Shown: positions 12,001-17,096 of the stretch, one piece after another
Position numbering within the stretch: position 1 is the stretch's first letter
How the letters are laid out: every line of letters begins with the position of its first letter
Assembly: GCA_963693095.2 (NCBI GenBank)
Contig: OY843768.1
Coordinates: 1,312,001-1,376,000, forward strand
Reading direction: 5' to 3'
DNA from: Cenarchaeum sp.
Lineage (GTDB): Archaea > Thermoproteota > Nitrososphaeria > Nitrososphaerales > Nitrosopumilaceae
Length of the DNA stretch: 64,000 nucleotides
Notes under the pieces: generated by a model
The model's database searches: none
Told to the model about the DNA's origin: nothing
What the model saw: only the letters and a program-made list of their open reading frames with translations
Position numbers and translations under genes: made by a program

Positions 12001-12268
12001 TCACTGGGCTCACCGGCGTGGCGCCTGTGGTCGGAGAACCGACAGTCACTGTCGAGACGACGGGCCCGGCCCCGTCTGTGGCAGTCGCCATCGCGCCGGC
12101 GGCGAGCGCATTGTCGGCCCGATCGAGGATCGGGTTTGCCGGCTGGACCGGCACGGGCGGGGTCACCTGCGCTGCGGCATCGCTCCCGCCGAGCCCGGCG
12201 AGGAGCATGAGGGCAGCTAGCATAGCAATGCCCATAGAAGGCAACCTACTTTGGCTCAATTGGGCCAT
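1..12268 (-). CDS. Giant secreted/surface protein with Ig-like repeats (>4,080 aa, 3' end outside the window)
   Basis: Manual translation from ATG 12268: MAQLSQSRLPSMGIAMLAALMLLAGLGGSDAAAQ (signal peptide), then T/A/V/S/D-rich modules (VTIVFSEAI, DLAGNA, DTTAPTFTA). The main series of + strand antisense shadow ORFs from 39 to 12290 keeps one register. No complete long minus ORF is in the track, consistent with a frame open to the edge. I did not read every codon. Confidence 0.88.
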   Translation of the reverse strand, partial: MAQLSQSRLPSMGIAMLAALMLLAGLGGSDAAAQVTPPVPVQPANPILDRADNALAAGAMATATDGAGPVVSTVTVGSPTTGATPVSPVTIVFSEAIAPPGTFSVSTSSFTASSAVHSTSTNPEQVTFNITPALAAGASVTISVPTISDLVSTPNTTDPTMVTATYYTAAPTAPTALFVTHDTIELTFAQRMRGPTLDTDTTAAGLQISVTPAGGTLANLDAVFDGNTKLTIRVPGVLPSTTYTVTLSSAAANHNGVTAGSALSATATSQVATAEFVDALLLRVTFSEAVSVSSLPETISVTPVGSSSAYDAPRAAITTTSSTTIDLSLRASVTTPAGYTLVLPDSIDYADGTPSFDGGTVTVTFGSPRFEATIRSPTEIRVTFGEHIRLTGTLSAPAAAEWLVDTTPATRIAVPTDTESYAAASAGPISGSVSLVLTVPEANAFSLASTPIVRYVPSSGGAGIESVADGDDVASQTSALATNTQPPFVSGVSSLDATTTVVTFTQPVAGTTVIGDWEVTDTVGETETERVISTLTAGGTAAATLTIPASAPVSSITITHATRAGVTPETVNVAYSGSPDLKGVTAGALRDNEGAVPNDDFDHVPTVTFDAKTASLTTTVVTLKSPSGANVAVDGRLAVGEWAVTDSVGVDEDDDRSRVVTVLRVDDSNAAIVGTDYTIPEASSASSFTITHAALSSTASVPTVKYTVASGSETGALADADDLVVGQDPVVASDGVSPTFDASISIADGTYTVTVAFSEPVEMATGKTLPTIADWKFTGKDSADADITVSATSAVNTALATAGTLAVVASNDATSGYPAFDQSKAITLTLDVPSDGESDRANSIVDTAGNPVADTSSAEVIDTMMPSFTAETARLDRTEITFSELVTGTARVADWTVDGVTVTGVATAVDSDGAATQVLTSARTLFLVHDTLDSTASRPSVAYEITDAATSLADVNDNDLEVTGDEPVTAADGLDPTLVRATFESNGLALRLLFSEPITVHLSRLSPGLSSADASPPLPSGTSIPGDTFAGDPVPADTLFINYQSPGISGVAEGTLFTITLATQSGSMPAIVDAHDNGTTADITAPVVRDTTAPTVTLTLASQDTLRLKYSEAIAEETVPSALGVTIGTAASVDIAAEFVAPDTILITLPSAAARVSHVVATAGITDANGVAGPGSVSLTPTVTVTVGEVAGRGASEVSLAFAGSTPDPTTLPNRPATTPPFGDLAVVTADGESYRADVIAAAADGSTLTVALRADASTPSSQTITIPSTVRTYVASDPDPSDNVLLLGGDYDVMTGAIPTFGATLTSPTAITVTFSDSMSGTTTPGQWILDLTPSTFPGGLGDTASHIVPSGATLEAGGASLAITLGAASALPADATPVVRYLGADGTPRTSGLSSSAGALRVLTSAVGVADFDDTTDLTITATAGVFVDEDDNDSTPKTAKMGQSSRVANVGEDIVITVTLTEPASAATEPMITIFGSTVDMVAAAGSAHRTVWTHTHTVGVDDMSGTVEFDIVARDGAAPSVNVTADETRVTAGTISIPATPTITAVTSSSTLTVITFSSAVSGSSAPSEWIVDGSLDGEPAGPATGIAAGEVDAVTAGAAAVEITSDKITLLHEPISTASLPTITYAATAGGLSPATGRTVSAATATATDGAPPGYIAVRTGTGADLAHTITFTEGAELVETKTLPTHEDWQFVGLNSLDATIRVPALSAGYAIDLDTTDTVTLSPRATGDDGYDDFKADTPISIEFDAVATARELSIADTQGNAVSDGTLAAVSVAPTISSVRLTSSTSVTVGFTDALDGETARGEWRVADEEPESVMAGSQTTIDDGSITITTAVRSITLTLEDDDAQEDDATPIVTYTRPTGSDANSLENAADLPLFSTLPAGIAAADGIPPSIESALFVDADTITVTFSEDVTNVTDIEGDDGWSVVRGVTSLDLESASRTADSTYTIELDDAAQAGLTYTINAANAIKDRATPTANNIVASASTTATYNAPPTITGATLDAPTTVTVTFSGTLDGTTDANEWRVAGTVPTSVAAGGSPVDAGSTLTIGTASTTLTLTLASANAQAVDATPTVTYTRPTDAFTPPINPNANSLYSAVDVALESTSAPHITALDRIAPTILSATLDSSTQVTATMSETVTGTITGSEWNIGTGITFDSGTVSGTTVTLTRDTTNRLASTAVATGAALAHTGGSSIIDASSNALAATATSATFTDEAAPELADTGSLFMLRAVPGEPPVYSSNPASAGHTAWVFIKPTEDLYVGGSAITHDGSNTRASGGYTPSAASADITFFPDTTSSTTASGAGTSARLSTVYNYSHAVTASSPEGNIPFTLTVRDAVGNESMFTHADLTEDSTDVDLGTTGALIDDGGYRVRVEVRNPEVLSSAFTAPNTFVITFREHLKDGTVPSATSSYSMTSGGSAVGLTGTAVYAEQDVTSTVTLTLASNSAPNTPYVVELPDGIQDDSDNTIAAGATASAMRTSSDTMAPAASTIVFTVYDDTDTDGDGTDTLDTNTLKSGNSALHASAGDTIRLVLTLNEDAAGTPTIVVTGRTAAGGTDMDDNGDELATTWSYDLAVSGASTEAAFAFTITAADAANNMATITQDDSTIETLPTIDLTAPTAEADFTAVRTLVITLDEALAGTDSTIEDYTYGVTVPDGTVTPDDDDNLPDTVMLATTNPVDYDATALTITITLAGDADEVEHTVTLPAGLADLAGNAFASPARVTATYAPDTTAPTFTATLTSAQTVTIMFDENVSGTTAPEEWTVAGSTVRTVTPSSPSSVDEIVLTLDAARPSTGLEDPDGTGALTAISTTSVAYARPAADSATASNTLADGSGNDLATAGGTATATAVTDSVAPTARAVFFGNAIAILFSEPVNDMPSSLQVTTPTSTTSGVTVNHNDGEPRVAVPIPAPTAGEYSVALSTDITDVSDNELATASVMATYAVDTTAPTFDAELTSADTMTITFSDPVVGATAATEWRVGGSVVSTVTPSSPFGDTEIVLELIERPSTGLEDPDGTGGLTAITTANVVYTRPPTGTNTIQNSATLHLATASGGTATASTVTDGAPPTFTVERPLTDSTDSLFTAVHTVTFSEPVSQATGKTLPTAADWTFSGRNAADTADATLAASNVAYNLGAQTATITAPDSRGGYSTSFDLATITLTLNVPDGEDARANSIADTSPAANALADGTSSAVEDTTPPAFTAETQSLTHTDIRFAERLVGTARADDWSLSDGGSITVNDVTVGSDGPSATVEIPQAGTDRIILHHDALPSAASTPGVLYDDSATLVGEQERLADRAGNPVGSTVGSPVAAADGAPPVPAVGRFTASDTVEVLFDEAVAHPGRGIERLTVSTMAGTKVTTGSVDDDADLFDPADEGYGPNTGLRFTLDAHVAEGTYALAVSGIKDVVGVGNPLATNTAVPGGAEFSTPPMATVISFAVYGDTDTDGSGTADTLNLSTIKSGASELHAMADNTIRLVLTLDKGVTAAPSVTVPGTGRTPTATTMGNNGDALDTTWHHDIIVGTTTVETSPTAPFTFSITVEGNPEPITQETALAGGSTADVPTIDRTAPTLTTTAFSGYSIVLTFSEPVVSPAMLRVTPPSGASDAMDRNTMPAGAVVTVLDATRASGAYSVALPTTLTDLAGNAYAGAAATGTYDAPPRATAISFEVYDDTNTGGADALNLLTLKSGASRLHAAAGDTIRLLLTLGEDASGTPEIDVGGLTGESMVNTGGSDASTWHYDLAVSATTPETAAASPFDFTIDVEDAAGIDGQITAADGHTGDITVELPTVDRTAPTLDAATPAFFRGTSMVITFNEVIVTPDAPFTVRVASPSSAFTDAAAEADGTMLTVAVGANSQGSWAVQLPITITDLAGNALVAVVSETDYTPDTTAPTFTAALTSASTVTIRFDEDVRGTTAPGEWIVAGSAVSAVEPSSTSSPSSVREITLTLAEERATTDLTDPDGASGLTALSAASVVYTRPAAGTPTASNTITDLTGNDLAAAGSRAMSTAVTDEANPRLDRAVFATDGNGMTLTFTETLATLPSGLTFAFTSMVLTAPIPTAGVVSSSGSTITLPLSPGVSTA
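3175..3872. repeat. Intragenic module repeat in the left giant gene
   Basis: 56-nt segment at 3175-3230 recurs at 3817-3872 with 2 mismatches (642 nt = 214 codons apart); a third diverged copy lies near 340-600. A second module family recurs near 1146, 1823 and 4655. Confidence 0.85.
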
Positions 12269-12284
12269 TCGGGCGCGCGCTAGG

Positions 12285-12296
12285 TTATAAGCATAA
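12285..12296 (-). promoter_or_regulatory. Putative TATA box of the left giant gene
   Basis: Minus strand reads TTATGCTTATAA 17-28 nt upstream of ATG 12268, in otherwise GC-rich DNA. Confidence 0.55.
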
Positions 12297-12302
12297 TGGC
12301 AA

Positions 12303-12471
12303 AAAATAGCACGATCAGGCCCTGATCGCGCCCCCCCCCCCCCCCCCCATTTTTGGGGGGGTGAACGTCGGACCGCAAGACGCCAGACTGCCAAGTCGGC
12401 ACAGGTGGGCATTGGGCCGGCGCAGGCCGACAGGCCAGCAGAAGAGTCCCGTGTCGCACTTTGCGCAGGGC
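12303..12471. repeat. Non-coding direct repeat, copy 1 (palindrome + C18 tract + G7)
   Basis: AAAATAGCACGATCAGGCCCTGATCGCG-C18-ATTTTT-G7-TGAACGTC...GGCCGGCGCAGGCCGACAGGCCAGCAGAAGAGTCCCGTGTCGCAC aligns with 16095-16277. Confidence 0.92.
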
Positions 12472-12529
12472 AGGCGGACAAGTCAATCATCGATCGCAAA
12501 AAAGCAGCGGCCGTGCCGGCGCAGAAATC

Positions 12530-13477
12530 CTATTTGGCGCGAACTGTAAACCCTGGGAGTGAGTTTGCCGAGCCGCTCTCGGCTGTGGCGCAATAGCGCG
12601 CAACAGTCAGCTCGCCATCCTCACAGTGAACTGCAGTGGGGCCACTGATGAACAGCGGCCCGCCGCGCATAGATGTAACATAGGCCATGTCATCAGGAAT
12701 ATTGTCATTTTGCAGAACCGTCAGTCCGGGGAATCGAAAGACATTGCTGTACGGCGAGTCTGCGGCATCGTCATGCTCTACTGTTATGGACGGATTCACA
12801 AACATCGTGTCGAGCCGGTATGGCAAGTCACCACCAAGGCTCTTGACAAGGTTCAGTGCAAGACTTGAGGATATTGGGCGGTCGATATTTAGGGTCGGCT
12901 CGTGTTCGGGGAGCTCGGCAAGCCGTTCCAGGCAAAGTGCGTCCTCAAAGGACCAGATTTTTGGCATGATATCGTTGAGAAGTCCTGACGGGCCGGGATT
13001 GTCAAGCAGGCGTTTGGAGACGGAGAATATTCCAGGACGCATGCCAATTGATCTATCAGGTAAAGGAAATCGCATAACTCCATAAGGATCTGACGACAAT
13101 TGGAATGCCATATCGTCAAGAGATAGCGCCTCAGGGCGGATTGTGTGAAACCCATATGGTAGGGGAGCTGGCATCGGATATTCAAAAAAAGACTCAATTT
13201 GAGGCTTGGGATCCTGTGAAGGGTATGTAAGCAGGCTATGATCATTTGACGTATATTTCACACGAGTATATTCCGGATCATCATAGTCAATATTGTCAGA
13301 GACACCAACATGGTACACGCAATCGAGATGCTTATTCGCGTTGTACAAGATGATTGCAGAGCTACCAGGAGAAAGAGGGCAGCATTGGACACGGCCACTC
13401 GCAGTCGATCGATTTGACCCATGATGCAATTCGTGTATATGGACTAGTGCTAGCGGCAACTCTTCGGGCACATACAT
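12530..13477 (-). CDS. Hypothetical protein with HK97-fold (major capsid/encapsulin-like) motifs; paralogue of 14876-15988
   Basis: Start placed at ATG 13477 (MYVPEE) from alignment with the paralogue. Motifs FSVSKRLLD..IWSFEDALCL, LDTMFVNP, GLTVLQNDNIPDDMAYV, GP..VARY. The CDS is secure; the fold call is tentative. Confidence 0.6.
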   Translation of the reverse strand: MYVPEELPLALVHIHELHHGSNRSTASGRVQCCPLSPGSSAIILYNANKHLDCVYHVGVSDNIDYDDPEYTRVKYTSNDHSLLTYPSQDPKPQIESFFEYPMPAPLPYGFHTIRPEALSLDDMAFQLSSDPYGVMRFPLPDRSIGMRPGIFSVSKRLLDNPGPSGLLNDIMPKIWSFEDALCLERLAELPEHEPTLNIDRPISSSLALNLVKSLGGDLPYRLDTMFVNPSITVEHDDAADSPYSNVFRFPGLTVLQNDNIPDDMAYVTSMRGGPLFISGPTAVHCEDGELTVARYCATAESGSANSLPGFTVRAK

Positions 13478-13763
13478 GTCAAGGCTCACACGCCAGGGCA
13501 ACAGACGGAAAGATATACGTGTTTGAGCAGAAATGGCACAAGTCCTGCAATATATGCGGCAAGGATCAGTGCGCGCGCATCGCCCTGAGGAGATGGCATG
13601 GTGTGAGACTTGGATAAACGGCCTTGCCGATACCCGCACTCCTGAACAGTCTCCCCTAGGCACGCTCTTTGACCAGCATGTGACAAAAGGCTGTCAGTCA
13701 TTTGTGGCCAGGCACGGGATCGCGCACCCAAACCCCCAAATCGCCATCGGATCACATGGCGCA

Positions 13764-14780
13764 CTACCAGTGTCCAAGCCTATGCCCCTCCCTTAGCATC
13801 CAGGTAAGCCGCCCAGAGTTGACGCGCAGCTGGCCCACCCTGTATGGAATGTCAACGAGCACGCAAAACAGCACGTGGTCAGCATGGGACTCGTACATGT
13901 CAACCGTGATGTCGCGGCCGAGCCTGTCAGGATACCGGCCAGTGGAATTGTGCAAGAACAGCGGCATGTAATGTGGTGCGTGCGAGATCAAGATCTGAAA
14001 TCCAAACTCCATGACCAGGCGGCGAAGAAACCTGCCATATGGAAAGTCCCCCCCAAGGCGTGACCTTGCGCCATCAGAAAGGAATGCCTGACACTCGCGA
14101 AAATGGCGCGCAAAGAGGGCACGTTCGGCAAGATTCTCCGCAAGCGCCAGATGGCCCGCACGGCATTTTGAGAGGGCGGCATAGTCCAGGGTTTTGTGGG
14201 AGAGCAGCGGTGCCTCCAGGGTGCGGTTGGATATTTTAGGCAAGGCCATGCCAGTCCGTCCGGTGAGGGAGAGGATTGAGGAGATGTGCTTTTTTTGCTG
14301 CGAGTTGAGAATGGCAATGGCGTTTTCTTTTACCTGAAATCCCATATGGCTCTTCCATGTGCGAGACTTCCACGACGAGTCACCTAGCCAAACTTTCCAA
14401 GCATGGGCCATGAACTGGGCAGCGTTCTCATCACGGGCCGCATCTGGCCCTGGTGCGGCATTGATATACGAGGCGAGCAGGTCGCCAGACGGCACAGTGG
14501 GCAGCCCCATTCCGGCAATGTGGTCGGCATATAGCCGGTATATGTGGGGATAGAACTGGTGTCCAAGTGAGCCCAGGATAGACGTGCCGATGCCCCGGTC
14601 AACCTCCTCGCAAAGCCTGAGAACAACGGCCTTTAGCTGTTTTTCAATGGACTGCTGGCCAAGATACATGGCAGGCCCCAGGGCGTATCCGGACCGGCAG
14701 AACCTTGCGATGAGCTGGGCCTGCCTCAGCTCAGAGGTGGACTGCTGCTCAAAATGCCCCGACATTTGGCGCATGGGCAA
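13764..14780 (-). CDS. HEPN-domain protein with large insertion
   Basis: AMYLGQQSIEKQLKA (HEPN QQxxEKxLKA helix), LGHQF, and GRYP near the C-terminus. Confidence 0.7.
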   Translation of the reverse strand: MPMRQMSGHFEQQSTSELRQAQLIARFCRSGYALGPAMYLGQQSIEKQLKAVVLRLCEEVDRGIGTSILGSLGHQFYPHIYRLYADHIAGMGLPTVPSGDLLASYINAAPGPDAARDENAAQFMAHAWKVWLGDSSWKSRTWKSHMGFQVKENAIAILNSQQKKHISSILSLTGRTGMALPKISNRTLEAPLLSHKTLDYAALSKCRAGHLALAENLAERALFARHFRECQAFLSDGARSRLGGDFPYGRFLRRLVMEFGFQILISHAPHYMPLFLHNSTGRYPDRLGRDITVDMYESHADHVLFCVLVDIPYRVGQLRVNSGRLTWMLREGHRLGHW

Positions 14781-14875
14781 TCACGTGACATGTCCCGTGC
14801 CATCCATTGTCAGTAGGGTCATGCGCGCGCACGGGCAGCCGTGCCGCAGGCGAGCAGGGACAGATCCGTGCGCAG

Positions 14876-15988
14876 TCATCTAGTGCCCTCCCCAGACTGT
14901 CTCTTGCCTTTTCTCCACTCCATTGTGGAGTCAAACTTTACGCCCCACGGAACGCTTGGCGCGCCAGGGGTCGGAGGAAATGCCAGATCACAATAGCGCT
15001 CGACTTTGATCTCAGAGTCCGTGCTGTGCAGTATTGACGGGCCGTGGACAAACACCGGGCCCTGCGCAGACGACGTGGCAAATGAGGAGTCAGGGGGCAT
15101 CGAGGATGAGTGCAGGAACGTAATGCCGTTCAGGCGAACCATGTTTCTATAGTCTGGATATCCCTCAGACCAGTCAAGTGTTCTCAGATCACGGCCAAAG
15201 AGCAAGAGATACAGGCCATAGTCCACAAATACCGTGTCAAGGCGCATGTCGTCCGGACGCGAGCGGTTTAGCCTGCCGACAAAGTCCTCGAGATCGGCCA
15301 GGGTAGAGTCCCAGTGGCACGCAAACGTCTCTTCGCCGTCTAGTGCCATCAGCTGCTCAAGGCACATGGCATCCTCGCGCCACCATATGCTGTCAGCCAT
15401 GCTATAGTAAAAGTCATTGGCACCAGGACGCATAAAGTCAGACCTCTTGACCTTGAGCGCAAAGTGCGGCATGTCTGCCATGCCCGTGCGCCCGTGATCG
15501 CACACAGCCTTGCCGTTGGCAGGAGACGGAACCCTGGATTCTGCACATTCCTGCCTGTCAAGACATGTCCGTTGCACCCTAAATCCGGCGGCAAGGGGCG
15601 CAGACGGCGCATTGCCGTCCGGATCCATAACGCGCGCATCGGAGAGCTGCGGCACGTCAGGGGACCCTATGAGGCGCCGGTCAAGCTGGAGCATTGCCTG
15701 GCCCCGGGAGCCGGCCTGGCGGACAGACGCTGCCCTAGAGTACGTGATCCTGCCGTGCGCGCTGACCTCAACTGTAGAACCGGGCTCAAGCGCGCAGCAC
15801 GGCACGCTGTCGACTAGGAATCTCCTCGAGTTGGGGCCTTGCGGGCATGTCGGGGGGACCGCATCGGAGAGCTGCGCCTCGCGATGGCAGTCACAGTGCC
15901 CAAGGAACAGGTCGACTGCCCTGCTCAGCGAGGTCTGATCCGCATAGGAATAGTGGTCTGCATACCCGGCGCGCCCGTCGTTTGTCAT
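14876..15988 (-). CDS. Hypothetical protein with HK97-fold-like motifs; paralogue of 12530-13477
   Basis: 370 aa. Shares CCxLxPGS, APLxxGF, IWxxEDAxCLExL, RLDTxFV, GxTxL...P.D, GPxFxxGP and RYC with the paralogue. AT-rich TATA-like sequence at ~16009-16018. Confidence 0.62.
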   Translation of the reverse strand: MTNDGRAGYADHYSYADQTSLSRAVDLFLGHCDCHREAQLSDAVPPTCPQGPNSRRFLVDSVPCCALEPGSTVEVSAHGRITYSRAASVRQAGSRGQAMLQLDRRLIGSPDVPQLSDARVMDPDGNAPSAPLAAGFRVQRTCLDRQECAESRVPSPANGKAVCDHGRTGMADMPHFALKVKRSDFMRPGANDFYYSMADSIWWREDAMCLEQLMALDGEETFACHWDSTLADLEDFVGRLNRSRPDDMRLDTVFVDYGLYLLLFGRDLRTLDWSEGYPDYRNMVRLNGITFLHSSSMPPDSSFATSSAQGPVFVHGPSILHSTDSEIKVERYCDLAFPPTPGAPSVPWGVKFDSTMEWRKGKRQSGEGTR

Positions 15989-16036
15989 GCAGATGATTAA
16001 TGGGCGGCATTATAATAATGTGATGGCGTGTGCTAG

Positions 16037-16093
16037 GTATGAGGTCAGCACCCCTGTGGCCCATTTGGTCAGATAGGCGCGCTGACCTCATAC
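16037..16093. repeat. Perfect 13-bp inverted repeat (hairpin) abutting direct repeat copy 2
   Basis: GTATGAGGTCAGC (16037-16049) / GCTGACCTCATAC (16081-16093), with further imperfect pairing inside. Confidence 0.85.
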
Positions 16094-16094
16094 G

Positions 16095-16277
16095 AAAATG
16101 GCGCGATCAGGCCCTGATCTCGCCCCCCCCCCCCCTCCCCAATTTTGGGGGATGAACGTCGAGCCGCAAGACGCCAAACTGTCAAAGTCGGCCCAGGGCT
16201 GGGCATCGGGCGGGCATCGGGCCGGCGCAGGCCGACAGGCCAGCAGAAGAGTCCCGTGTCGCACGTGTGCGCAGGGC
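16095..16277. repeat. Non-coding direct repeat, copy 2 (palindrome + C13TC4 tract + G5)
   Basis: Aligns with 12303-12471 and carries an extra GGGCATCGGG duplication. Similarity appears to resume at ~16402 (GGCGGATCAAGTCA vs GGCGGACAAGTCA at ~12473). Confidence 0.92.
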
Positions 16278-16845
16278 TGCGACGTGCGAGAACTAGTCGC
16301 AGCAGCAGATCGTGTAAACAGTCCGCGCAGTATCGTCTTTGCGCGCGCGCACAGGTTGTGCGGCCGCATCACGCAGCAGAGAGACACGGCATGAAAGACG
16401 CGGGCGGATCAAGTCAGCCATGCCGCACTGCCATGTCTTGCGTCATGCCTACAGTCTGGCAAGAGATAGCGCGAGGGTGGGGCGTGTCGGCAAGCCACGG
16501 CGTGTGGTGAGCATGATACTGGCGCAATGATTTTCGGTGACCTGAATCGCTCGCGTCACGCGCGCAGGCACAATCCTGTGTCATGAACATGGCGCGCAAA
16601 GAACTGTGCAGCACAAAGCCTGCACACAGTTCCGTCGGCACAAGATGGCACAAGATCGGCAATCACGCACAGGGCGTTCCAGAGAACGCGTGTCCTGATC
16701 AGGGATCGTCTGGAGCCATGCGCGCAAGCCAGGCGACTGACATTGTGGGCGTGTGTGCAGCCGATCAGGAGAACAGGGCATTGCGCGAGGTGGCCACATC
16801 ACACAACGGCCAGAGATAGGCGAGCCGGCACGGTGGCGCCACTAA

Positions 16846-16972
16846 CTATGGCATTGCATACGCGCAGAACAGCGTGCGGTTCACCTTTACGTTGGCAATG
16901 GTTCTGTGCACTATGGGGACGTTGTGGTATGTGGCGGCCTTGCTGCTGCAGATCGCCGCAGTGTATGGAAGA
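16846..16972 (-). pseudogene. Partial paralogue of the 3' end of the prephenate dehydratase-like gene
   Basis: YTAAICSSKAATYHNVPIVHRTIANVKVNRTLFCAYA vs YIAAICSREAAEHYGVPIVRDDIANVKDNKTEFHVYA; hand count 35 mismatches in 117 nt. Confidence 0.75.
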
Positions 16973-17096
16973 CGCGCCCTATCCGCACATTTTGCCGTTA
17001 CCGTGGATATCATCTGCCCACAGGACAAAACTTGAAACATCATGCCTCAGGAGATCAGAGCACAGCACATCCCAGAGCCGCACACATGTGAAAATT

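Noticed and set aside
39-12290. Numerous + strand ORFs rich in V/S/A/T
   Set aside because: Antisense shadows of the minus-strand giant gene; the same pattern appears on the minus strand under the 4,405-aa gene.
12303-16277. Repeats as CRISPR array or IS ends
   Set aside because: Only two long direct copies 3.8 kb apart, with no repeat-spacer periodicity, cas gene or transposase.
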